Shown one piece after another: positions 28,137 through 39,500 of a stretch of DNA of 64,000 nt. Within the stretch, counting starts at the first letter, position 1; every line of letters starts with the position of its first letter. The notes under the pieces are model-generated. The model worked only from the letters and a program-made list of their open reading frames with translations. It was not told the DNA's origin and did not search any database. This DNA is from Candidatus Latescibacterota bacterium. GTDB taxonomy: Bacteria; Latescibacterota; UBA2968. The position numbers and the translations under genes were made by a program. Where the stretch lies: assembly GCA_965204745.1 (NCBI GenBank), contig OZ242010.1, forward strand, positions 132,007 through 196,006. The letters are read 5' to 3'.

Positions 28137-28500
28137 AACAGAGGATAGGGTCAAGATGAGGAAGAGGGAAGAGGCAAGAGGTGAGAGGGAAGAGGCAAGA
28201 GGTGAGAGGGAAGAGGAGAGACGGGAGAGGGAAGAGGCAAGTTTAGCCACGAGCGGGGTACAACTGGGCGACAGCCAGTTCAAAGGCACAAAAGGCACAA
28301 AAGCCACAAGCGGGGTACAACTGGGCGACAGCCAGTTCAAAGGCGAGCAGGGTGGGTAGGGGCGATGCCCTCGCGCTCGACCAAAGATACGAGAGGGAAG
28401 ACGGGAGTTTAGCCACAACAGGCACAAAAGGCACAAGAGGCGAGCAGGGTGGGTAGGGGCGATGCCCCCGTGCTCGCCCAAAGATACGAGATGGGAAAGG
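28137..28500. repeat. GA-heptamer array followed by two tandem copies of a small hairpin element (gagcggggtacaactgggcgacagccagttcaaagg) and 'cgcccaaagatacgaga' modules
   Basis: Read directly. The same mini-element is at 19628-19665 and nested in 55860-55900. Confidence 0.75.
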
Positions 28501-28619
28501 CGAGACATCCGCCCACCGTCACTCCGGCGAAAGCCAGAATCCAGTGATTTTTTGATTTTTCGCCGTGTCCGTCCGTCTTTGTGGGTGGTTATCTGTGATT
28601 GCATTCTTGGGCCTCCGTG

Positions 28620-28800
28620 TCATTATGGATCGCGGATTTTCGCGGATTAGGGGATTGCGCGGATTACCTCCCCCAACCCCTCTTGCTTCTCACGTCTTGC
28701 TTCTCACGTCTTGCCTCTCACGTCTTGCTTCTCACGTCTTGCCTCTCACGTCTTGCTTCTCACGTCTTGCTTCTCACGTCTTGCTTCTCACGCCTTTTGA
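28620..28800. repeat. aatccgcg-motif module (reverse orientation) followed by a 14-mer tandem array (cttgcttctcacgt / cttgcctctcacgt) x~8.5
   Basis: Read directly. This is the reverse complement of the GTGAGAG/GCAAGAG heptamer family. Confidence 0.8.
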
Positions 28801-30518
28801 TTCGCATCTTCGCGCGTGAGTTCGCGGGGGGCGACCATCAGGGTTTTTTCATTGCGGATTGTGACCAAACCCGGGCGCGCGCCTCGGGGCTTTTGCACAT
28901 AGCGCACTTCCGTGTGGTTGACCGGCACGCTCTTGGCCCCGCGCGCTTTGCTCCAGTACGCGGCGAGTGCGGCGGCTTCTTTCAGGGTCTTGCGAGAGGG
29001 GCGGTCCGCTCTGCCATCGCGCTTGAGGATGACGTGCGAGCCCGGGCATCCGTGAACGTGCAGGAAAATGTCGTCTCGTGCCGAGCGTTTGGTCAACCGG
29101 TCGTTTTCCGCATTGTTCCGCCCCACGAGCACGCGCCAGCCATCTCGCGTGCGATACCGCCTGGGGTGAATGTCCCCAGGCTGGCGTTTGGACTGGGCGG
29201 GCGGTCTCTTTTTTGGTTTTCTGATTAGGCGGGCGTCTTCCAATTCCCGGCGCAGGGAGTCGAGTTCATCTTCGGATTGCACGGCATTGAACCGGTCGAG
29301 GTAATGCTGGATTTTGTCCTTCTCCTGTCGGGCGATCTCGAGGCGTTTGCCGAGGATGGGCGCGCCTGTTCGCGCTTTTCGCGCCCGTTTGAGATAGTCG
29401 CTGGCATTTTCTGAGGGCGTGCGCCGCGGGTTGAGGGGAATGACCATCTCTGCGCTAGCCGGGTCGAACAAGTCGGGCAGGGTGATGGCTTCGACATAGA
29501 GGGGGATTTGCGCGAGGTGGCACATCAGCAAGTTGCCCATTCTTTCGTACTGATCCGCGCGGCCCGCGTCGGTTATGTCCTCGCGGATGCGGGTGATTTT
29601 GCGCTCTGTGGTGGTCAGGCGGTTTTGCAGGTCTTTTGCCAAATTCTTCTGCTGCCCTTGACGCGCTTCTGCCTGCACTTCTCTCGCAGCGACATCCGCG
29701 ATGGCTCGGCTCAAGGTTGAATACGTCTGCTCGGCCTGCGTGTGTTGAAGGGACAGGGCGCATACCGCGTCCCGATTGTCCATGTCGCGCACGCGCATGC
29801 CCCCGGCGCAAAAGGGCGGCGTTTTGAAAAAGGTGCTAATGGTTTGGGCAAACGCGCCGAGGTCGTCGGGCAAGAGCGGCTGTTTGTCCATCAGTCCGGC
29901 GAGATGGAGCACTTCGCAAGCCGATACCGGGTCGATCCCTGCGATGCGTTGTACCAGCGCGTTGGCGCGGGCGTCTTCGGGGCAATCGGTCAAAAAGGTG
30001 AGGGATTGCGCGGTCAGGGTTTCGGGCGGGCGGCGGTCGAGCGCGGGCGGCGGCTGATAGGTCGTCCCCGGGTAGATGGCCCGCACGCGATTTTGGCGCG
30101 CGCGCGTGGATCGCAATGCCCCGAGGATTTTGTTCGTCTCGGCGTGAACGAGAATGACATTGGCATATCGCCCGATCAATTCCACGACAATGCGGCAATC
30201 CATGGCCGTGCCAATGCGGTCGCGTTTGCGCGCGATGAGATGCACAACGCGCTCGTGGGCAACATGTTCAATGCCGATAATTCCCCCACCGCGCAAATAC
30301 CGATCCGCCCAGGGCAGTTGCACGCGCCGCGCAGGCGGTTGGGCAAATACCACGCAACTCCTGTTCGGATGCGCGGACAACAAGAGATGCCCGGCATCGC
30401 CCAAGTTCAAATACAGATCGCGCTGATCCACCAAAAAGACATCGCGTATCAAACGATAGTCAATTTGCGGTCGCAACTCATCGCACAACCTGCGAAGTGT
30501 GAGGGGGCTGAGGGTCAT
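28788..30518 (-). CDS. NFACT-family protein (FbpA/RqcH-like ribosome quality-control factor)
   Basis: N-terminal NFACT-N (MTLSPLTLRRLCDELRPQIDYRLIRDVFLVDQRDLYL...) and C-terminal NFACT-R/DUF814 (RYRTRDGWRVLVGRNNAENDRLT...HVHGCPGSHVIL). The ATG at 30518 lies 36 bp downstream of the giant gene stop. Confidence 0.75.
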   Translation of the reverse strand: MTLSPLTLRRLCDELRPQIDYRLIRDVFLVDQRDLYLNLGDAGHLLLSAHPNRSCVVFAQPPARRVQLPWADRYLRGGGIIGIEHVAHERVVHLIARKRDRIGTAMDCRIVVELIGRYANVILVHAETNKILGALRSTRARQNRVRAIYPGTTYQPPPALDRRPPETLTAQSLTFLTDCPEDARANALVQRIAGIDPVSACEVLHLAGLMDKQPLLPDDLGAFAQTISTFFKTPPFCAGGMRVRDMDNRDAVCALSLQHTQAEQTYSTLSRAIADVAAREVQAEARQGQQKNLAKDLQNRLTTTERKITRIREDITDAGRADQYERMGNLLMCHLAQIPLYVEAITLPDLFDPASAEMVIPLNPRRTPSENASDYLKRARKARTGAPILGKRLEIARQEKDKIQHYLDRFNAVQSEDELDSLRRELEDARLIRKPKKRPPAQSKRQPGDIHPRRYRTRDGWRVLVGRNNAENDRLTKRSARDDIFLHVHGCPGSHVILKRDGRADRPSRKTLKEAAALAAYWSKARGAKSVPVNHTEVRYVQKPRGARPGLVTIRNEKTLMVAPRELTREDANQKA

Positions 30519-30553
30519 AAGCGGTAAGACGGGAGAGGTAAGAAGTGAGAGGG

Positions 30554-33500
30554 CTAGGGGGGTAGGTCCCAATTCCCTATCGCAGTTGTTTCGCCTGTCG
30601 AGCCATAGATGGCGGCGAAGATGCGGAAATCGTCATAGTCAATTTGCCCATCGCCATTGAGATCGTACAGGGCGTCATATCGCTTTTGACCGAGCCGCGA
30701 TTCGTACTTGACCACAAAGTTCGAGAAGTCGGCGAAATTCACAACCCCATCGCCATTGAAGTCGGGCGAGGGGAGTGAGACCTCGAGCGTGAAGGGCAGC
30801 GAGGCCGTATCGCCATCGGCTTCCAACGCGCTCAAGGTGTAGGTCGCCTGGGCCTTAGCCTCGGTCGGCAGACCGGAAAGGGTGCGCGTGGTCGGGTCAA
30901 ACGATAGGCCCTCTGGGAGGAATGGCAAGAGGATATAGACCAACATCCCATCGTCATTGCTCGCTTGCGGGAGCGTTAGGGACGCGATCTCCTGATTGAC
31001 GAGATAGCTCTGTGGATCGATAGTCGTATCGCCAAAGGTCGGCATCCAATTCTGGACTTCAAGGGTGAACAGGAGATGCACTTCATCGCCATTGCCGTCT
31101 GTTGCGGTCAGCGTGTAGGTCGTCTCGTCCATGGCCTTGATCGGTGTGCCAGACGCGATGCGCGTCTCGGCGTCAAAGGTCAAGCCCTCGGGCAGATCGG
31201 GGAGTAGCGCGTAGGTCAGCGGTTTATCGCCACCGGTTGCCGGCGGTAGGGTCAAGGGATCGATCTTTTGATATTGCACATAGCCCTGTGCGGCGACGGT
31301 CGTCTCGCCGAAGGTCGGTATCGGATCGGTCATTACAGAGAGGATGAACATCAAGGTCGCCTCGTCGCCATTTCTGTCTGTTGCGGTCAGCGTATAGGTC
31401 GTGTCGGCTATCGCCTCGAGCGGCGTGCCAGACAGCACCCGCGTCTTTTTATCGAAACTCAAGCCCTCGGGCAGATCCGGGGTCAGCGCGTAGGTCAGTG
31501 GTTTATCGCCACCGGTCGCTTGTGGGAGCGTCAGGGACTCGATCTCTTGCTTTCGCATATAGGCTTGGGCGGCCACACTCGCATCGCCAAAAGAGGGTAT
31601 CGGGTTCGCGATGACGGTGAGGAAGAAACTCAGGCCGGCCTCATCGCCATCTTCTTCTGTGGCGGTTAGGGTGTAGATCGCTTTTTTTATTGCCTTAAGT
31701 GGTGTGCCAGACACAGTGAGCGTCTCCGCGTCAAAGGTCAAGCCCTCGGGCAGATCCGGCAGGCTGTACGTTAATGTTCTCATCGTCTCATCGCCATATA
31801 GCACCGCGGCGGGCAGGGTCAGCGGTTTAATGGCCCTGTGTTGATAGTAGCTTTGCGGATCAACGGCATCGGTGAAGGTCAGTTCCGTATCCGGTTCTGG
31901 TTCTGGCTCGGGTTCTGGCTCTGGCTCGGGTTCTGGTTCTGGCTCGGGTTCTGGAGTAGCGGGCCTCTCGGGGGGATCGTCTTCCTCAATGGTTAGGGTC
32001 ACGGGAGACGCTAGCGACGCCAGATTGCCACCCGTCACCGTTGCAGACACGGTCACGCGCTTGTCAGGCTCATTGAACGAGTTGTCCACGGCTGTGATCG
32101 TCACGGTGCCCGTGCTCGTCGTTTGCCCCGCCGCGACGGTCAGCGTGGTCGTGGTCGATAGCGTGAAGTCATCCACAGACGATTCAGCCTCAGTTGAGAC
32201 AGTGATCGTCGTCGCTTCGGTTGCGGGCCGATCTAGCGTCGCCGTTACTGTCGAAACTCCGCCATTCTCCGTAATCGCCACCGGAGACAAAACCAACGTC
32301 ACCTGCGGCACGTCGTCATCGGTAATCGTCAGCGTCGCAGAAGTGACCGATCCCGCGCCCTGGCTGTTGGATGGCGTGCCCGTCACGGTTACCGTCTTGC
32401 TCCCCGAAGCGATATTGTTGTTCACTGTCGTGATCGTCACGATGCCCGTGCTCGTCGTTTGCCCGGCCGCGACGGTCAGCGTGGTCGCCGTGCTCAGAGT
32501 GTAGTCGGATGATGTAGGCACGGAAACCGCGATCGTCGTCGCCTCGCTCGACGGGTGAGACAGCGTCGCTGTCACTGTCGAAACCCCGCCGTTCTCCGAA
32601 ATCGACGCAGGCGACACAACCATCGTCACGGCCGGCGCAACATCGTCGTCCGTCAGCGTCAAAGAGCCCCCGGTCACACTGCCCGCGCCTTGGTCGTTGC
32701 GCGCCACACCGGTCACGACCACGTTGCGTGGAGGCGCGTCTCGGTTGTTGTCCACGGACGTGATGATCACCGTGTCCGCAGTGTTCGCAGTTTGCCCGGC
32801 CGCGATGGCAATCGTCGAATCCGTCGCCCCCACCGTGTAAGCACCAGGCACCGAGCGCACCGTGATCGTCGTGATCGCGCTCGACTTGTGAGACAGCGTC
32901 GCCGTGATCGTCGAGACCGCGCCGTTCTCTGAAATCGACGAAGGATCCGGCGTCAACATCACCGTCGGTGGATCGTCGTCATCTGTGATCGTCAGGGGCT
33001 CGGAAGACGATAGCGACGCCAGATTGCCAGCCGCCACCGTTGCAGACACGGTCACGCGCTTGTTCGGCGCATCGGTCGTATCGTTCACCGCCGTGATCGT
33101 CACGGTACCGGTGCTCGTCGTCACACTCGCCGCGATAGTCAGCGTGGTCGTGGCCGATAACGTGAAGTCACCCGCAACCGCAGGCGACACAGCCAGTGCT
33201 GAAACCGTGATCGTCGTCGCCGCGGTCGCAGTGCGATCCAGCGTCGCTGTGATCGTGGAAACCCCGCCATTCTCCGAAATCGACGACGGAGACAAAACCA
33301 ACATCACCTGCGCCACGTCGTCATCGGTAATCGTCAGCGTCGCAGGAGTGACCGACGACCCTACGCCCACGCTGTTGGATGGCGTGCCCGTCACGGTCAC
33401 CGTCTTGCTCCCCGAAGCGATATTGTTGTTCACCGTCGTGATCGTCACGGTGCCCGTGCTCGTCGTTTGCCCGGCCGAGACGGTCAGCGTGGTCGCCGTG

Positions 33501-36500
33501 CTCAATGTGTAGTCGGATGACGTAGGCACGGAAACCGTAATCGTCGTCGCCGCGCTCGATGGGCGATTCAGCGTCGCCGTCACAGTTGAAACCTCAATGT
33601 TCTCCGAAATTGACGACGGAGACACTGCCATCGTCACGTCCGGCGCGGCCTCATCCTCTGTGATCGTCAAAGTCGCGGCGGTCACATTGCCCGCGCCTTG
33701 GGCGTTGCCCGCCACACCGGACACGGTCACACGCTTGTCACGCGCATGGGTCGTGTTGTTCACGGCCGTGATCGTCACACTGCCCGTGCTCGTCGTCTCG
33801 CCCGCCGCGACGGTCAGCGTCTTCGTGGTCGATAGCGTGAAATCGCCCGCAACCGCAGGCGACACAGCCTCTGCTGATACCGTGATCGTCGTCGCCGCGC
33901 TTGACTTGTGAGACAGCGTCGCCGTGATCGTGGAAACGCCGCTCGCCTCTGAAATCGACGCGGGCGACAGCGATAGTGCCACCGTCGGCGCGGCATCATC
34001 GTCGGTGATCGTCAGGGTCACATCAGACGGGGCAGACGCCAGATTGCCAGCCGCCACCGTTGCAGACACGGTCACGCGCTTATTCGGCGCATCGGTCGTA
34101 TCGTTCACCGAGGTGATCGTCACGGTGCCCGTGCTCGTCGTCACACTCGCCGCGATAGTCAGCGTGGTCGTGGCCGATAGCGTGAAATCGCCCGCAACCG
34201 CAGGCGACACAGCCTCCGCTGAAACCGTGATCGTCGTCGCCGTGGTCGCGGGGCGATTTAGCGTCGCCGTTACGGTCGAAACCTTAGCATTTTCAGAAAT
34301 CGACGCAGGAGACAAAACCAACGTCACCTGTGCCACGTCGTCATCGGTAATCGTCAGCGTCGCATCCGTGACCGATCCCGTGCCCACGCTGTTGGATGGC
34401 GTGCCCGTCACGGTCACCATCCTGTCCCCCGAAGCGTTGTTGTTGTCCACCGTCGTGATGACCACCATGTCCGACGCGTTCGCCGTTTGCCCGGCCGCGA
34501 TGACAATCGTCGAATCCGTCGCCCCCACCGTGTAAGCACCAGGCACCGAGCGCACGGTGATCGTCGTCGCCGCGCTCGATGGGCGATTCAGCGTCGCCGT
34601 CACGGTTGAAACCTCGCCAGTCTCCGCAATCGACGTCGGGGACACTGCTATCGTCACGGCCGGCGCGGCCTCATCCTCTGTGATCGTCAACGCCGTGCCG
34701 GTCACACTACTGCCCACGCCTTGGTCATTACGTGGCACAACGGACACGGTCACACTGTTGTCCGGCGCATGGGTCGTGTTGTCCACTGCTGTGATGAGCA
34801 CCGTATCAGACGTGTTCGCCGTTTGCCCGGCCGCGATGACAATCGTCGAATCCGTAGCACCCACCGTGTAAGTACCAGGCACCGAGCGCACGGTGATCGT
34901 CGTCGCTTCGCTCGACTTGTGAGACAAGGTCGCCGTGATCGTGGAAACGCCGCTCGCCTCTGAAATTGACGCGGGCGATAGCGACAGGGCCACCGTCGGC
35001 GCGTCATCATCGTCGGTGATCGTCAGGGTCACGTCAGACGGGGCCGACGCCAGATTGCCAACCGCCACCGTTGCAGACACGGTTACGCGCTTGTTCGGCG
35101 CATCGGTCGTATCGTTCACCGAGGTGATCGTCACGGTACCGGTGCTCGTCGTCACACTCGCCGCGATAGTCAGCGTGGTCGTGGCCGATAGCGTGAAGTC
35201 ACCCGCAACCGCAGGCGATACAGCCTCCGCTGAAACCGTGATCGTCGTCGCATCGGTCGCGGGGCGATCCAGCGTCGCTGTGATCGTGGAAACCCCGCCA
35301 TTCTCCGAAATCGACGTCGGAGACAAAACCAACGTCACCTGCGCCACGTCGTCATCGGTAATCGTCAGCGTCGCATCCGTGACCGATCCCGTGCCCACGC
35401 TGTTGGATGGCGTGCCCGTCACGCTCACCATCCTGTCCCCCGAAGCGTTGTTGTTGTCCACCGTCGTGATGATCACCGTGTCCGATGTGTTCGCCGTTTG
35501 CCCGGCCGCGATGACAATCGTCGAATCCGTAGCCCCCACCGTGTAAGCACCAGGCACCGAGCGCACGGTGATCGTCGTCGCCGCGCTCGATGGGCGATTC
35601 AGCGTCGCCGTCACGGTTGAAACCGCGACGTTCTCCGAAATTGACGACGGTGACACCGCCATCGTCACGTCCGGCGGGGCCTCATCCTCTGTGATCGTCA
35701 AAGTCGCGTCGGGCACATTGCCCACGCCTTGGGCATTGCCCGCCACACCGGATACGGTCACGCGCTTGTTCGGCGCATGGGTCGTGTTGTTCACCGCCGT
35801 GATCGTCACACTGCCCGTGCTCGTCGTCTCGCCTGCCGCGAAGGTCAGTGTCTTCGTGGTCGATAGCGTGAAATCGCCCGCAACCGCAGGCGATACAGCC
35901 TCCGCTGATACCGTGATCGTCGTCGCCGCGCTCGATTCGTGAGACAAGGTCGCCGTGATCGTGGAAATGCCGCTCGCCTCTGAAATCGACGCGGGCGACA
36001 GCGACAGCGCCACCGTCGGCGCGGCATCATCGTCTGTGATCATCAGGGTCACATCAGACGGGGCCGACGCCATATTGCCACCCGCCGCCGTTCCGGACAC
36101 GGTTACGCGCTTGTCCGGCGCATCGGTCGTATCATTCACCGATGTGATCGTCACGGTACCCGTGCTCGCCGTCGCATTCGCCGCAATCGTCAGCGTGGTC
36201 GCGGCCGATAGCGTGAAGTCACCCGCAACCGCAGGCGATACAGCCTCCGCTGAAACCGTGATCGTCGTCGCCGTGGTCGCGGGGCGATTTAGCGTCGCCG
36301 TTACGGTCGAAACCTCGGCATTTTCAGAAATCGACGTCGGAGACAAAACCAACGTCGCCTGTGCCACGTCGTCATCGGTAATCGTCAGCGTCGCATCAGT
36401 GACCGACGACCCTACGCCCACGCTGTTAGTTGGCGTGCCCGTCACGGTTACCGTCTTGTCCCCCGAAGCGATGTTGTTGTTCACCGTCGTGATCGTCACG

Positions 36501-39500
36501 CTGCCGGTGCTCGTCGTTTGCCCGGCCGCGACGGTCAGCGTCTTCGCCGTGCTCAGCATGTAATCGCCTACAACCGCAGGTGACACAGGCGTTACCGAAA
36601 CCGTGATCGTCGTCGCCGCGCTCGATGGGCGATTCAGCGTCGCCGTCACGGTTGAAACTGCGACGTTCTCCGAAATTGACGTAGGTGCCACCGCCATCGT
36701 TACGTCCGGCGCGGCCTCATCCTCTGAGATCGTCAAAGTCGCGTCGGGCACATTGCCCACGCCTTGGGCATTGCCCGCCGCACCGGATACGGTCACGCGC
36801 TTGTTCGGCGCATGGGTCGTGTTGTTCACCGCCGTGATCGTCACACTGCCCGTGCTCGTCGTCTCGCCTGCCGCGAAGGTCAGTGTCTTCGTGTTCGATA
36901 GCGTGAAATCGCCCGCAACCGCAGGCGATACAGCCTCCGCTGATACCGTGATCGTCGTCGCTTCGCTCGACTTGTGAGACAAGGTCGCCGTGATCGTGGA
37001 AATGCCGCTCGCCTCCGAAATCGACGCGGGCGACAGCGATAGTGCCACCGTCGGCGCGGCCTCATCGTCGGTGATCGTCAGCGTCACATCAGACGGGGCA
37101 GACGCCAGATTGCCAGCCGCCACCGTTCCGGACACGGTCACGCGCTTGTTGGGCGCATCGGTCGTATCATTCACCGATGTGATCGTCACGCTACCCGTGC
37201 TCGTCGTCACACTCGCCGCGATAGTCAGCGTGGTCGTGGCCGATAGCGTGAAGTCACCCGCAACCGCAGGCGATACAGCCTCCGCTGAAACCGTGATCGT
37301 CGTCGCCGTGGTCGCGGGGCGATTTAGCGTCGCCGTTACGGTCGAAACCTTGGCATTTTCAGAAATCGACGCAGGAGACAAAACCAACGTCACCTTTGCC
37401 ACGTCGTCATCGGTAATCGTCAGCGTCGCAGCCGTGACCGATCCCGTGCCCACGCTGTTGGATGGCGTGCCCGTCACGGTCGCCATCCTGTCCCCCGAAG
37501 CGATGTTGTTGTCCGCCGTCGTGATGACCACCGTGTCCGATGTGTTCGCCGTTTGCCCGGCCGCGATGACAATCGTCGAATCCATCCCCACCGTGTAAGC
37601 ACCGGTCACGGGCCGCACGGTGATCGTCGTCGCCGCGCTTGATGGGCGATTCAGCGTCGCTGTCACGGTTGAAACCGCGCCATTCTCAGAAATTGACGTA
37701 GGCACCACTGCCATCGTCACGTCCGGCGGGTCCTCATCCTCTGTGATCGTCAACGCCGTGCCGGTCACACTACTGCCCACGCCTTGGTCGTTGCTCACCT
37801 CAACGGGCACGGTCACACTGTTGTTCGGCGCATGGGTCGTGTTGTCCACTGCTGTGATGAGCACCGTGTCCGTCGCGTTCGCCGTTTGCCCGGCCGCGAT
37901 GACAATCGTCGAATCCGTCGCCCCCACCGTGTAAGCACCAGGCACCGAGCGCACGGTGATCGTCGTGATCTCGCTCGACTTGTGAGACAAGGTCGCCGTG
38001 ATCGTGGAAACGCCGCTCGCCTCTGAAATCGACGCGGGCGATAGCGTCAGTGCCACCGTCGGCGCGGCCTCATCGTCGGTGATCGTCAGCGTCACGTCAG
38101 ACGGGGCCGACGCCAGATTGCCAGCCGCCACCGTTCCGGACACGGTCACGCGCTTGTTCGGCGCATCGGTCGTATCATTCACCGATGTGATCGTCACGGT
38201 ACCGGTGCTCGCCGTCGCATTCGCCGCAATCGTCAGCGTCTTCGTGGTCGATAGCATGAAATCGCCCGCAACCGCAGGCGACACAGCCTCCGCTGAAACC
38301 GTGATCGTCGTCGCATCGGTCGCGGGGCGATTTAGTGTCGCCGTTACGGTCGAAACCTTGGCATTTTCAGAAATCGACGCCGGAGACAAAACCAACGTCA
38401 CCTGCGCCATGTCGTCATCGGTAATCGTCAGCGTCGCAGCCGTGACCGATCCCGTGCCCACGCTGTTGGATGGCGTGCCCGTCACGGTCACCATCCTGGC
38501 CCCCGAAGCGATGGCGTTGTCCACCGTCGTGATGAGCACCGTATCCGTCGCGTTCGCCGTTTGCCCGGCCGCGATGACAATCGTCGAATCCGTCGCACCC
38601 ACCGTGTAAGCACCAGGCACCGAGCGCACGGTGATCGTCGTCGCCGCGCTCGATGGGCGAGACAGCGTCGCCGTCACGGTTGAAACCGCGACGGTCTCCG
38701 AAATTGACGTAGGTGACACTGCTATCGTCACGTCCGGCGGGTCCTCATCTTCTGTGATCGTCAACGCCGTGCCGGTCACACTACTGCCCACGCCTTGGTC
38801 GTTACGTGGCACAACGGACACGGTCACACTGTTGTTAGGCGCATGAATCATGTTGTCCACTGCTGTGATGAGCACCGTGTCCGTCGCGTTCGCCGTTTGT
38901 CCGGCCGCGATGACAATCGTCGAATCCGTCGCCCCCACCGTGTAAGCCCCGGCCACCGGGCGCACGGTGATCGTCGTCGCTTCGCTCGATTCGTGAGACA
39001 GGGTCGCCGTGATCGTGGAAATGCCGCTCGCCTCCGAAATCGACGCGGGCGACAGCGACAGTGCCACCGTCGGCGCGGCATCATCGTCTGTAATCGTCAG
39101 GGTCACGTCAGACGGGGCAGACGCCATATTGCCACCCGTCGCCGTTCCGGACACGGTTACGCGCTTGTCCGGCGCATCGGTCGTATTGTTCACCGATGTG
39201 ATCGTCACGATGCCCGTGCTCGTCGTCTCACTCGCCGCAATCGTCAGCGTCTTCGCGGCCGATAGCGTGAAATCGCCCGCAACCGCAGGCGATACAGCCT
39301 CCGCTGATACCGTGATCGTCGTCGCCTCGGTCGCGGGGCGATTTAGTGTCGCCGTTACGGTCGAAACCTTGGCATTTTCAGAAATCGACGTCGGAGACAA
39401 AACCAACGTCACCTGTGCCACGTCGTCATCGGTAATCGTCAGCGTCGCAGCCGTGACCGACGACCCTACGCCCACGCTGTTAGCTGGCGTGCCCGTCACG

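Noticed and set aside
28672-28795. Regularly spaced 14-mer repeats, considered as a possible CRISPR array (also the arrays at 690-1021 and 60727-60858)
   Set aside because: The repeats are directly contiguous with no unique spacers and the units are 7-14 bp. They are microsatellite-like tandem arrays, not CRISPR.
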